Source of the DNA: a virus
Lineage: Duplodnaviria; Caudoviricetes
Reading direction: 5' to 3' (one strand)
IMG/VR virus record: IMGVR_UViG_3300022073_000033
Span: 1-28,895 of that record
Length of the DNA stretch: 28,895 bases
Under the pieces are notes generated by a model, which searched no databases, had not been told where the DNA came from, and worked only from the letters and a program-made list of their open reading frames with translations. A program made the position numbers and the translations under genes. How positions within the stretch are numbered: the first letter of the stretch is position 1; each line of letters starts with the position of its first letter. This document shows positions 1-7,895 of the stretch, in pieces.

Positions 1-621
1 TATGGCGAGGTCAAGGACGCCGAGAAGAAGATTCACCCGTGCTTCCGGCCCTATGCCGAGCTGCCGCCCGAGCAGAAGGCCAAGGACTACATTTTCCGTG
101 GCGTGGTGCTCGCCATGCTCAAGCTGGCCGAGGACACCGAGCAAACATCGAGCAGCGGCAGCGTCGATGCCAGCAGTGCGCCCGTCCAGGCTACCGTCTC
201 GCTCAACGTCGGCGAGGTGGCGGTGAAGTACATCGGTCGGCGCCCGACCTTCGAGGATCGCGTCTACGGTACCGGCCTGACCTTCAGTCAAGGCCAGACC
301 CGCGCGTTGCCGGCGATCATCGCGTCGCGCTTCCTGCGCCATCCGGATGTGTTCACCGAAGGATCCGGCGAGGCTGATCGGGATCTGGTGCCGTCCGACG
401 ACACCAGCGAGCACTTGGCGCGCCTGGAGCAGGAGCAGAGCAAGCAGCACAAGGAGCTGAACGAGCTGCAAGACCTGCGCGATAGCGTCCAGCAGATGAC
501 CAAGGCCGGGCTCGAGGAGTTCGCGCGCACCAAGTTCCGGCAGGAGCTGGACAAGCGTAAGAACCTGCCCGAGCTGCGCGCTCAGGTGCTTGGCTTCATC
601 GATCAGTTCGGGGCTGTGTAA
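1..621 (+). CDS. RyR-domain-containing phage protein (5'-truncated; longer than the 103..621 track ORF)
   Basis: Frame 1 is open from base 1 and reads YGEVKDAEKKIHPCFRPYAELPPEQKAKDYIF, matching the RyR repeat pattern (YG..kD...K.HPc..Py.eLP..q+.KD). It continues in frame into the 172-aa track ORF, which ends in a helical C-terminus. The stop overlaps the next ATG (TAATG). Confidence 0.8.
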   Translation, partial: YGEVKDAEKKIHPCFRPYAELPPEQKAKDYIFRGVVLAMLKLAEDTEQTSSSGSVDASSAPVQATVSLNVGEVAVKYIGRRPTFEDRVYGTGLTFSQGQTRALPAIIASRFLRHPDVFTEGSGEADRDLVPSDDTSEHLARLEQEQSKQHKELNELQDLRDSVQQMTKAGLEEFARTKFRQELDKRKNLPELRAQVLGFIDQFGAV

Positions 622-1280
622 TGACCCGCAATGACCTGGTGCGCGAGTTCCGCATCGCCACCCAGGACACAGTGGCGCCGTATCTGTGGGAAACCGCGGA
701 TATCGTGCGCTGGCTGGAGGAAGCGGAGCGCGAAGCGTGCGTGCGTGGGCGGCTGCTCCATGAGTCCAATGATCCCGATATGTGCGAAATCCGGGTGGCG
801 GTCGGCGAAACGGCCTATCCGCTTCACCCCAAGCTCTACGAGATTAGCCATATCGCGTACCTGGACGATGGCGCCGCTTGCCGCCGGCCGATCAAGTTGG
901 TTTCGACCGAGTACCTGGATGCCACGGTACGCGGCTGGCGCGATCAGTCGGGGCGCGTCGAGTATGCGGTCCAGAACGAAACGTCGCTGCGGCTGGCGCC
1001 TCGTCCTGATGCCCCAGGCGTGGTGCTACTAGAGGGCTACCGACTGCCCTACCACCGGGCGGGAGCTACTGGCTTCGAGGTTCATGAATCGCACCATCGC
1101 AACCTGCTGGATTGGGCGCTGTACCGCGCCTATTCCGTGCCGGACGCGGAAACGCTGGATCTTGGTCGCGCCACAGATGCGCAGCGGGCGTTCGCCGACT
1201 ACTTCGGCGACAACCCTGGCAGCGATCTGCGCCGCCAGACCCGCGAGGACGTACCCCATCGCAATGTCGGGTACTACTGA
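621..1280 (+). CDS. putative head-to-tail adaptor/connector protein (DUF6682-like)
   Basis: 219 aa. N-terminal MT..DL...FR....D...PYLW....I.RWL.EAEREAC.R and C-terminal H..LLDWALYRAY..PD.E are patterns I recall from phage adaptor proteins. Its position at the start of the tail gene block fits. Confidence 0.65.
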   Translation: MTRNDLVREFRIATQDTVAPYLWETADIVRWLEEAEREACVRGRLLHESNDPDMCEIRVAVGETAYPLHPKLYEISHIAYLDDGAACRRPIKLVSTEYLDATVRGWRDQSGRVEYAVQNETSLRLAPRPDAPGVVLLEGYRLPYHRAGATGFEVHESHHRNLLDWALYRAYSVPDAETLDLGRATDAQRAFADYFGDNPGSDLRRQTREDVPHRNVGYY

Positions 1281-1286
1281 GCGAAG

Positions 1287-1320
1287 CGGCGCCGGTCGAC
1301 CTGGCCGGTGCCGTGTTTCA
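1287..1320 (+). terminator. possible intrinsic terminator
   Basis: Stem CGGCGCCGGTC (1287-1297) / GGCCGGTGCCG (1303-1313) with two G-U pairs and a 5-nt loop, followed by TGTTTCA (weak U tract). It lies right after the stop at 1280. Confidence 0.45.
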
Positions 1321-1351
1321 GCTTGCGCGCAGCGCCGAGTCACATAGCGTC
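1321..1351 (+). promoter_or_regulatory. conserved putative late promoter, copy 1 (GCTTG-N12-AGTCACATAGCGTC)
   Basis: Same motif and spacing as at 3824 and 12484. It reads as -35 TTGCGC, 16 bp, -10 TAGCGT, and ends 27 bp before ATG 1379. Confidence 0.75.
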
Positions 1352-1378
1352 AGCGGGAAATAGCCCAGGGCTTAACCC

Positions 1379-1990
1379 ATGACAGCGCCCACCTTCGATA
1401 TCCACATAGTTCGCGGGAAGACATTCACGCAGCCGTTCATGTACGCCGACGATGAACTGGTCTATCGCGCGATCACCGCCATTCCAAGCCAGGCGCCCGC
1501 ACGCATCACCGCTCCTGCGCATGGCGTGCCGAGTGGCTGGCCGGTGCGCATTGAGAGCACGCGGGCGCCCGCCGAGCTGAACACGCCGCAGGGCGAGTGG
1601 CTTACACCGTCGAGAGTCGATGACGACACGCTTGAGTTCGACGAACTCAACCTGACCGGCGCCAAGCCCTTTCGCGCGCCGAGCGTGCTGATTTATCCGC
1701 GACCGGCGGATATCGACAGCTGGAAGGCGCGCATGCAGATCCGCGACCGCATTGGCGGCGAGGTGCTGTTGTCATTCAGCTCCGACCCTGCTGACTTGGC
1801 AGACGGCACGATCACCCTGGATGTTCCAGGCAGCGCATTCGTCATCGAGCTGCCGCACGCCGTCACCGAGGCGATCGGCTGGACACGCGCCGTCTACGAC
1901 CTGGAGGCGATCCGGCCGGACGGCTCCGTTATCTCGATCATTGCGCCAAGCAAGGTCACTGTCGGCCAGGAGGTCACGGTATGGCCCTAA
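1379..1990 (+). CDS. virion structural protein (E1-FCCH-like beta insert within a tail/baseplate-type beta-sandwich)
   Basis: 203 aa. ITAIPSQAPARITAPAHG..SGWPVRI....ELN resembles the phage FCCH-like motif. The flanking RGKTF...ARMQIRD...AVYDLE pattern is common in phage tail-associated proteins. Confidence 0.55.
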   Translation: MTAPTFDIHIVRGKTFTQPFMYADDELVYRAITAIPSQAPARITAPAHGVPSGWPVRIESTRAPAELNTPQGEWLTPSRVDDDTLEFDELNLTGAKPFRAPSVLIYPRPADIDSWKARMQIRDRIGGEVLLSFSSDPADLADGTITLDVPGSAFVIELPHAVTEAIGWTRAVYDLEAIRPDGSVISIIAPSKVTVGQEVTVWP

Positions 1991-2511
1991 TCATCATTCC
2001 AGGACGCGCACCGCTGGCAATTGGCGGGTCGAGTCGGCGCGGGATCAATGGCGTGGGCGTTGAATCTGTGCTGATCGATGCCAGCAAGCACCTGATCGTC
2101 ACCCTGACCAATGGCGTCGCGCACGACGCCGGACAGCTGCCCAGCAGCGACGAGGTGGAATCCATCGCGGCGCAGCTCGCCGAAGTCGTGGCCAATGTCG
2201 AGCAGCTGCAACAGACGGTCGGCACGCTCAGTGATCAGGTGGAGGCGCAGGGGCAAACCATATCCACGCAGACGCAGACCATTGCGCTGCTGACCGAGCG
2301 GGTGGTCCATCTGGAGCAGGGCGCCCCCACCGACCCCGAAGTCCCTGAGAACGCGCTAACCGGCGCTGGTGGTGAACCCCTTACAGGACCGGGCGGCGAG
2401 TACCTGCTGTTCGTGTCGAGCCCAATACCCGAAAACGCCCTGACCGGCACCAATGACGCGCTGCTGAACGACGGCAGCAATCAGATCCTTACCACCGGAG
2501 AAGTAGCATGA
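1981..2511 (+). CDS. putative fibre/coiled-coil virion protein
   Basis: 176 aa. Contains HLIVTLTNG...DAG (fibre shoulder-like), a heptad coiled coil (LAEVVANVEQLQQTVGTLSDQVEAQ) and two C-terminal PENALTG repeats. It overlaps both neighbouring genes. Confidence 0.6.
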   Translation: MALIIIPGRAPLAIGGSSRRGINGVGVESVLIDASKHLIVTLTNGVAHDAGQLPSSDEVESIAAQLAEVVANVEQLQQTVGTLSDQVEAQGQTISTQTQTIALLTERVVHLEQGAPTDPEVPENALTGAGGEPLTGPGGEYLLFVSSPIPENALTGTNDALLNDGSNQILTTGEVA

Positions 2512-3761
2512 CCATCCAGCACGTTGTAGAAGGGGCTGCCGCACCGTCGGCCGCGCCGCCCAGTGTGGGCGCGCATTACGTAAATACCGCCAACGGCGAT
2601 CAGTACCTGGCCAAAGGCACCGAGAGCGCTGCCGACTGGGTGCTGCAAGCGCCTGGTATGAGCAAGGCCGAGGCGGATGAAACGTATCAGCCCAAGGGCA
2701 GCTATGCGACCACGCAGCAGCTCTCAGAAAAGGTCAGCACAGAGGCGGGCAAGGGATTGTCCACGAACGATTACACCAATGCGGAGAAGGCCAAGCTGGC
2801 AGGCCTGGAAAGCTCACATTACAAGGGTTCCTATCTGTCACTGGCCGCGCTGGCTGCTGCCTTGCCGCAAGGGGCGCCAGGCGACTATGCCGACGTGGAT
2901 GGCGGCGCCGGGCAGCCCGTTACACGTCACGTATGGGATCCAACTGACAGCAAGTGGGAGCCGCAGAGGGGCGCTTCAGCCGAGATGACCGCCGCGCAAG
3001 TCAAAGCGCTATACGAGTCCAACGCCGACACCAATCCATTCACGGACGCCGAAAGGGACAAGCTGGCAGGGTTGCAGCCTGGCGATGGCGGCGGCGATGG
3101 CGGTGGGGGTGATGACACAATTGTGGAGACAGAAACCGAAGCCAGCTTCTCGTACACCAATTTCTTTGGGGCGCCCTCGACAGCGCCCAGTCGAACAGGG
3201 CAGAAGTGCGTCCAGATCGATATCAACGGGAATGTCTGCGAATGGACTGCTGCTTACTATGACTGGATGGGGGGGTTCATGTGGCGAAAGAGCCTACTGC
3301 CTCTCGCCTACTCCGGACTGGGCGTGCCTCAAATCTCCGATTTCACGATCGAGGCACACCACGGGTCTTTGATCTTGAACAAGGACAAGGCCGACGCTCA
3401 GATAGGTACCCGCGTACTGCTGCCACCTACTGAGGTCGGACAATATCCAGAAGAAAAAGTCTTCCCGAAAGAGTCGATCTCGATAGTGCTGCTGAACTGG
3501 AGTAACCAAGCCTGGCGCCTGACGCTAGACCCTAGCCTGTCGTGGACGGCCGGGGCAGAAGTGGACGTAGAGGCCTACGGGCTTGAAAAGCTGGGCATAA
3601 CTCACTCGTTCACTGGTGCTGAGTCGAACATGCTCACGCTGGAGGTGCCCGCTGATAAGCGTGTGTGGTTCGAGGTGAGTCTGTGGGTAGGGACGGACGG
3701 GAGCTATATCGCGTACGAAGTGATAGCGAACGAGATTCATCCCATGCAGTTCCGCGCGTAG
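2508..3761 (+). CDS. putative tail/head fibre protein with variable C-terminal domain
   Basis: 417 aa. GKGLSTNDYTNAEKAKLAGL and TNPFTDAERDKLAGL are known phage fibre repeats. A GDGGGDGGGG linker precedes a C-terminal part with different codon usage. ATGA overlap with the upstream gene. Confidence 0.7.
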   Translation: MTIQHVVEGAAAPSAAPPSVGAHYVNTANGDQYLAKGTESAADWVLQAPGMSKAEADETYQPKGSYATTQQLSEKVSTEAGKGLSTNDYTNAEKAKLAGLESSHYKGSYLSLAALAAALPQGAPGDYADVDGGAGQPVTRHVWDPTDSKWEPQRGASAEMTAAQVKALYESNADTNPFTDAERDKLAGLQPGDGGGDGGGGDDTIVETETEASFSYTNFFGAPSTAPSRTGQKCVQIDINGNVCEWTAAYYDWMGGFMWRKSLLPLAYSGLGVPQISDFTIEAHHGSLILNKDKADAQIGTRVLLPPTEVGQYPEEKVFPKESISIVLLNWSNQAWRLTLDPSLSWTAGAEVDVEAYGLEKLGITHSFTGAESNMLTLEVPADKRVWFEVSLWVGTDGSYIAYEVIANEIHPMQFRA

Positions 3762-3820
3762 TCGCGCGTTCAACTCGGCGCCAGGCCTCCCGCTGTGGCG
3801 GCCTGAGCCGAGCGCGATTA
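3759..3820 (+). other. long imperfect intergenic hairpin
   Basis: Nested pairings: TAGTCGCG(3759-66)/CGCGATTA(3813-20), CTCGGC(3774-79)/GCCGAG(3807-12), CAGGCC(3782-87)/GGCCTG(3800-05). There is no U tract. Confidence 0.5.
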
Positions 3821-3823
3821 AGT

Positions 3824-3854
3824 GCTTGCAGCATCGCAGCAGTCACATAGCGTC
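3824..3854 (+). promoter_or_regulatory. conserved putative late promoter, copy 2
   Basis: GCTTG cagcatcgcagc AGTCACATAGCGTC, ending 28 bp before GTG 3883. Confidence 0.75.
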
Positions 3855-3882
3855 CGCCCTATATCACTAATAGGGTCCTGAC

Positions 3883-5073
3883 GTGGATAGCGTGCGGCGT
3901 AATAACTGGATGGCTGGCGCCAACAACATTGCCCAGCCACACCGATTGCCAGAAGGCGCAGCGAGGCGGCTCGTCAACCTTGAGCCGGCCGAAGGTGGCA
4001 CCCTTGAGCTGCGCCCCCAGTTTGTAAAGGAACTGGATCTGGCGGCGCCCCGCGCGCTATTCGCCCTGGAGCATCGCCTGGTGCTCGCGCAGGGCGATTC
4101 CCTACTCGCCCACAACACGGAAACCGGGCAGCGCTCGCGCATCGCGACCATTGCCGCCGCTGGCGACGTGGCCGGCGCCCAGCTGAACGGACGCCTGTAT
4201 ATCCGCACCCTGGAAGATCGGCTTACCTTCGATGGCACCACTGTCGCCGCTTGGGGCGCAGACAATCCCGTACTGGATCTGCGAGTGGTGCCGGGCGTAT
4301 TGCCGGCTGGCATCTACAGGGTGGCGGCGACTTCGGACGCGGGCGGGCATGAGTCCGGTGCTGATGTGATGATTCTGTCACTACCCGAAGGCTCGGGCAT
4401 ACAAGCCACATCGGCTAATGGTGAACCGGTAGCTATCTATCAGTCCGCTGCCAATGGCGCGACCCTGTATCACGTAGCCGACGCACGCGAGACGCTGCTG
4501 AGTGCGCCACCGGCGGGCAATACGCGGCAGTTGGCCACGGGCGGCATGGTGCCGATGCCGATTGTGTCCGCAATGGTCGCGGTCGGCTCGATGCTGGTGG
4601 GCTATCGCGGCAACTACCTCTACAACACCGACCCCATGCGACCGCATCTGGTGGATCGGGTTAAGGGTTTCATTCAGTTCCCCTCCGCGATCACCTTGCT
4701 TGCGCCGGTGGGCGCGACCGGCCTGTTCGTGGCGACCGCTCATGCGACCTACTTCGTAAGCGGTGTTGGCACCGACCAGGTAGCCATGCAGCCCGTTGCC
4801 GACTACGGCGCTACGGCAGGCACCGCCGTGGGGCTTCCGGACAAAACAATTGCGTGGTTCTCGCCCTACGGGCAGGTCATCGGCCGCGCCGACGGCTCGC
4901 TGGTGCGGCTCAACCAGGGGAAATACGCGCCCCGCCAATCCCCCGCAGGGGCGGCCGGCTACATCGAACACAACGGGACACAACGGGTCGTCACTTCGCT
5001 ACGCGAGAGCCGGCCAAACAGCCTAGCCGTAGGCGATTCATGGAGCATTGAGGTGACAGATGAACGGGCGTGA
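3883..5073 (+). CDS. putative tail tubular/nozzle (head-closure) beta-rich protein
   Basis: 396 aa. The N-terminal W.AGANN......LPEGAARRLVNL....GG.L.LRP pattern resembles podovirus stabilization/nozzle proteins, and the sequence is rich in predicted beta strands. Confidence 0.5.
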   Translation: MDSVRRNNWMAGANNIAQPHRLPEGAARRLVNLEPAEGGTLELRPQFVKELDLAAPRALFALEHRLVLAQGDSLLAHNTETGQRSRIATIAAAGDVAGAQLNGRLYIRTLEDRLTFDGTTVAAWGADNPVLDLRVVPGVLPAGIYRVAATSDAGGHESGADVMILSLPEGSGIQATSANGEPVAIYQSAANGATLYHVADARETLLSAPPAGNTRQLATGGMVPMPIVSAMVAVGSMLVGYRGNYLYNTDPMRPHLVDRVKGFIQFPSAITLLAPVGATGLFVATAHATYFVSGVGTDQVAMQPVADYGATAGTAVGLPDKTIAWFSPYGQVIGRADGSLVRLNQGKYAPRQSPAGAAGYIEHNGTQRVVTSLRESRPNSLAVGDSWSIEVTDERA

Positions 5074-5572
5074 AAAGATACCAGTGGGTTTCCGCTACAG
5101 CGCGGAACTGACAGACCGTGACGGCCAGGTGGTGGAAACCTGGGCCGATGACAACCTGATCCCGCTGTTAGGGATCCACCAGCTAATCAAGGCGCCCTTT
5201 GGCGATGCCGAGCCCATCGGTTCGTTCTACTTGGGGCTGTTCCGCAACAACGCGCTACCGACCGACGCCACGAAGGCTGCTGATATCCCGGCAGTGCTGG
5301 GCGAGTTCACGCAGTACAGCGAGGATTCCAGGCCGCTGTGGGATCGGGTCTACGACGGGGCCGGCACCTACAGCAATGAAGCGGCGCGCGCCGAATTCAA
5401 TTTTACCGTGGACCAGACGATCTACGGCGCGTTCATGGCGTCTAGCCCAGAAAAGGGTTCAGTCGCCGGGCTGCTGCTGTCGGCGGTGCGCTTCACCACG
5501 CCGCGCCTGATCTATGCCGGCCTAACGCTGAAAATCACCGCCTCGATTACCTACGTCTCGAACGACCTCTAA
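5060..5572 (+). CDS. hypothetical virion structural protein
   Basis: 170 aa with good codon bias. It overlaps the upstream stop. NLIP..G, YLGLF and TIYGAF..S motifs are seen in phage tail proteins. Confidence 0.6.
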   Translation: MNGREKIPVGFRYSAELTDRDGQVVETWADDNLIPLLGIHQLIKAPFGDAEPIGSFYLGLFRNNALPTDATKAADIPAVLGEFTQYSEDSRPLWDRVYDGAGTYSNEAARAEFNFTVDQTIYGAFMASSPEKGSVAGLLLSAVRFTTPRLIYAGLTLKITASITYVSNDL

Positions 5573-5582
5573 GGGGAAAACC

Positions 5583-6023
5583 ATGCTCCAGTATTCCGAA
5601 GGCATCCGTAACGCACTGATGACGGTTGGCCCGCTCCGTCAGCTGCTAACTGGCTGTCAGATCCGCATCTACAGCGGCGCGGTGCCGCCCTCGCCGATCG
5701 ACTCCATTGGCACCGCCGTAAAGCTCTGCACCATCACGCTAGACGGTGGTGCCACCGGCCTGGGCTTTGAGGGCAGCGCCACCAACGGCACCCTGACCAA
5801 GGCGTCGGCCGAAACATGGCAAGGTGCGGTCCGGGCGACCGGTCGCGCTTCGTTCTTCCGCATCGTCATGCCGGCCGATGCCGATGGCGTGAGTGCCGTT
5901 GACTACCGCATCCAGGGGCGCGTTGATGTGGCCGGCTCGGACATGAACCTGTCCAACCCCGAATTGACCTCAGGTGGCGTACAGACGATCGACCACTTCT
6001 ATCTGACCATGCCCGAGGTGTGA
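5583..6023 (+). CDS. hypothetical virion structural protein
   Basis: 146 aa, RBS AAGGGG upstream. IRIYSG..P and G.A.FFR...RIQG.V motifs resemble a common small phage tail protein family. Confidence 0.65.
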   Translation: MLQYSEGIRNALMTVGPLRQLLTGCQIRIYSGAVPPSPIDSIGTAVKLCTITLDGGATGLGFEGSATNGTLTKASAETWQGAVRATGRASFFRIVMPADADGVSAVDYRIQGRVDVAGSDMNLSNPELTSGGVQTIDHFYLTMPEV

Positions 6024-6026
6024 CCT

Positions 6027-7895
6027 GTGGCTAACCTCCTGCGCAAATCGCCTACGCGCACGGTCGTAGGAGGCACCCCGGCATTGCCGGGGCAGCCAGA
6101 TACCAGGCATTACGCCTGGGTGTCGGTCATCACCGGTCCGTTGCAGATGATGGTGTACATCGACTACTACAAGGGCAAGCCGCGCAAACTGCTGGGGATG
6201 CGCTACCCCACTAAGCGCGTATGGCAGCAGGTTGGGCTCGCGCCGGTTCCGGCACAGCCTGCGGTGCCTGGCGTCACGGTGGTCAAAGGCGCTGCCGGCT
6301 GGGATGGTGGCGCGAGAACTGTTGCAGCGGTGAGCGTAGGTGCGTCGTTCACATGCGTTGTGCCGGCAGGTGTTATCGGCGTCATGGTCGGTCTGGCCAG
6401 GGACTCGTCGCTGCGGAATGAAAGCTGGATCGACTACGGAATCCGGTTCCAGGTGCGCGAGGATGCGCGGATAGTCGAGGCCGGTAAGGAAGTGAAGGTG
6501 CTGGCCGGGGTTCGCACTACGAAACCGTGGACGGTGACGGTTCGGCGCGCGGGTGATGCTATCTACTACCTGCTGGACGGCGAGCTCGTGCACACCACCA
6601 TGCGCCAGGACAACCGCGTGTTATATGGCGCGGCCGTGCTGTATTCCGATCAAGACGCTGTGCGCGATGCGGTCATTGCGGCCGCGACCTCTGGCGCGGT
6701 GACAGGAACGATACCAAGGCCGATTCCGACCATCTACGACGCAGAGTACAGCAGCGTGATAGGTCGGCTTCCCCTGCCAGGGCTGACCATGGATAGCAGC
6801 TCCACGCAAGGCGGACAGGTTCAAGGGCGCACACCCAAGATGACGGCGATCATCACCGACCGTAACTATGGGCTCGTGGATGGTCGCGTGCCGCGTCCGG
6901 CGCTGAGTGCGGCGCTTGGGTCCGCTCCGATCGAGTTCGTTTCCGCAGGCGGCCTCGTGCCTCGACCTGGGGTTTACATTCACGGCCTTGCGGGCGAAGT
7001 GGCAACGGTCAATGCGGTACAGCCCCGCATCCTTGGGCTCATTACTGGCTATCCCGCTGATGCGCCGCGAGCGTCATACGGATCCGTCGGCGGCGTGTGG
7101 CCAACATCGGGTTACCAGGGCGCACTTATCCCAATTGACACGGCCGAACTAACGTCAGGTCATATATCCCTGAACCAGGCGCTGCTGATCGGTGAGAACT
7201 ACGAGCTGGATCAGCCAATTCTGCTGGTGATTTCCGATGGCATCCGAGCTGGCGCAACGGTTCAATTCCAAATGCTTGCGGCCGCCGCGCTACATGAAAT
7301 GGTCACGGTATCGGGAGGCCTGGAGCTGTCTGGCGAAATGGCCGCAGTGATCCGCTCGGCCATCACATGCCGCGAGGCGGTGCGCTTTTCCACGCCATCG
7401 GCAGACGGAAGCGGAAACGCCGACAATGGCGCGCTCTTTCCCGGCAATGCGGCGATGGGCTACGCGGTGAACATCATCACCGGCGCCCTCGCCGAATACG
7501 ACGGGCAGCAGTTCACGCACATGGCGCGCGCGGGCGGCCAGCTGTGGGCTATCGGCCCGGATGGCCTGTATCGCCTGGCCGAAGGCGGCACGCTCTCTGC
7601 GCTGCTGGACCTGGGCACGACGGGCAATGATGCGAACAGCCTTTCGTGTGTTGCCAATGCGTTCGTTGGGATACGCACCGACGGCGAGCTGTACCTGCGC
7701 GCCACGACAGACGGCGCCGAGCACATCTACCGGGCGATCCCGCGCGGCGACACTTACCGTTTCGACCTGGCCAAGGGCGTATCGGCGCGTAACTGGTCGT
7801 TTTCGCTGGAGCTGATGGATGCATCCTATGCGTCGATCGACAGCGTTGAGTTCCTGGTGGGCGCCACTACCCGTCGGCGCGGTGGTCGCCGATGA
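6027..7895 (+). CDS. large virion/tail protein with lectin-like N-region and internal G-x-x-P repeats
   Basis: 622 aa ORF, GTG start 3 bp after the previous stop. It has a beta-rich N-domain (VRRAGDAIYYLLDGELV), about seven degenerate repeats and a basic C-terminus (TTRRRGGRR). Confidence 0.6.
   Translation: MANLLRKSPTRTVVGGTPALPGQPDTRHYAWVSVITGPLQMMVYIDYYKGKPRKLLGMRYPTKRVWQQVGLAPVPAQPAVPGVTVVKGAAGWDGGARTVAAVSVGASFTCVVPAGVIGVMVGLARDSSLRNESWIDYGIRFQVREDARIVEAGKEVKVLAGVRTTKPWTVTVRRAGDAIYYLLDGELVHTTMRQDNRVLYGAAVLYSDQDAVRDAVIAAATSGAVTGTIPRPIPTIYDAEYSSVIGRLPLPGLTMDSSSTQGGQVQGRTPKMTAIITDRNYGLVDGRVPRPALSAALGSAPIEFVSAGGLVPRPGVYIHGLAGEVATVNAVQPRILGLITGYPADAPRASYGSVGGVWPTSGYQGALIPIDTAELTSGHISLNQALLIGENYELDQPILLVISDGIRAGATVQFQMLAAAALHEMVTVSGGLELSGEMAAVIRSAITCREAVRFSTPSADGSGNADNGALFPGNAAMGYAVNIITGALAEYDGQQFTHMARAGGQLWAIGPDGLYRLAEGGTLSALLDLGTTGNDANSLSCVANAFVGIRTDGELYLRATTDGAEHIYRAIPRGDTYRFDLAKGVSARNWSFSLELMDASYASIDSVEFLVGATTRRRGGRR

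Noticed and set aside
103-621. Track start at 103 for the first gene
   Set aside because: The frame is open back to base 1 with a RyR motif, so the real start lies upstream of the window.
2508-3761. Diversity-generating retroelement target in the fibre gene
   Set aside because: I saw no reverse transcriptase and no template/variable repeat pair in the window.
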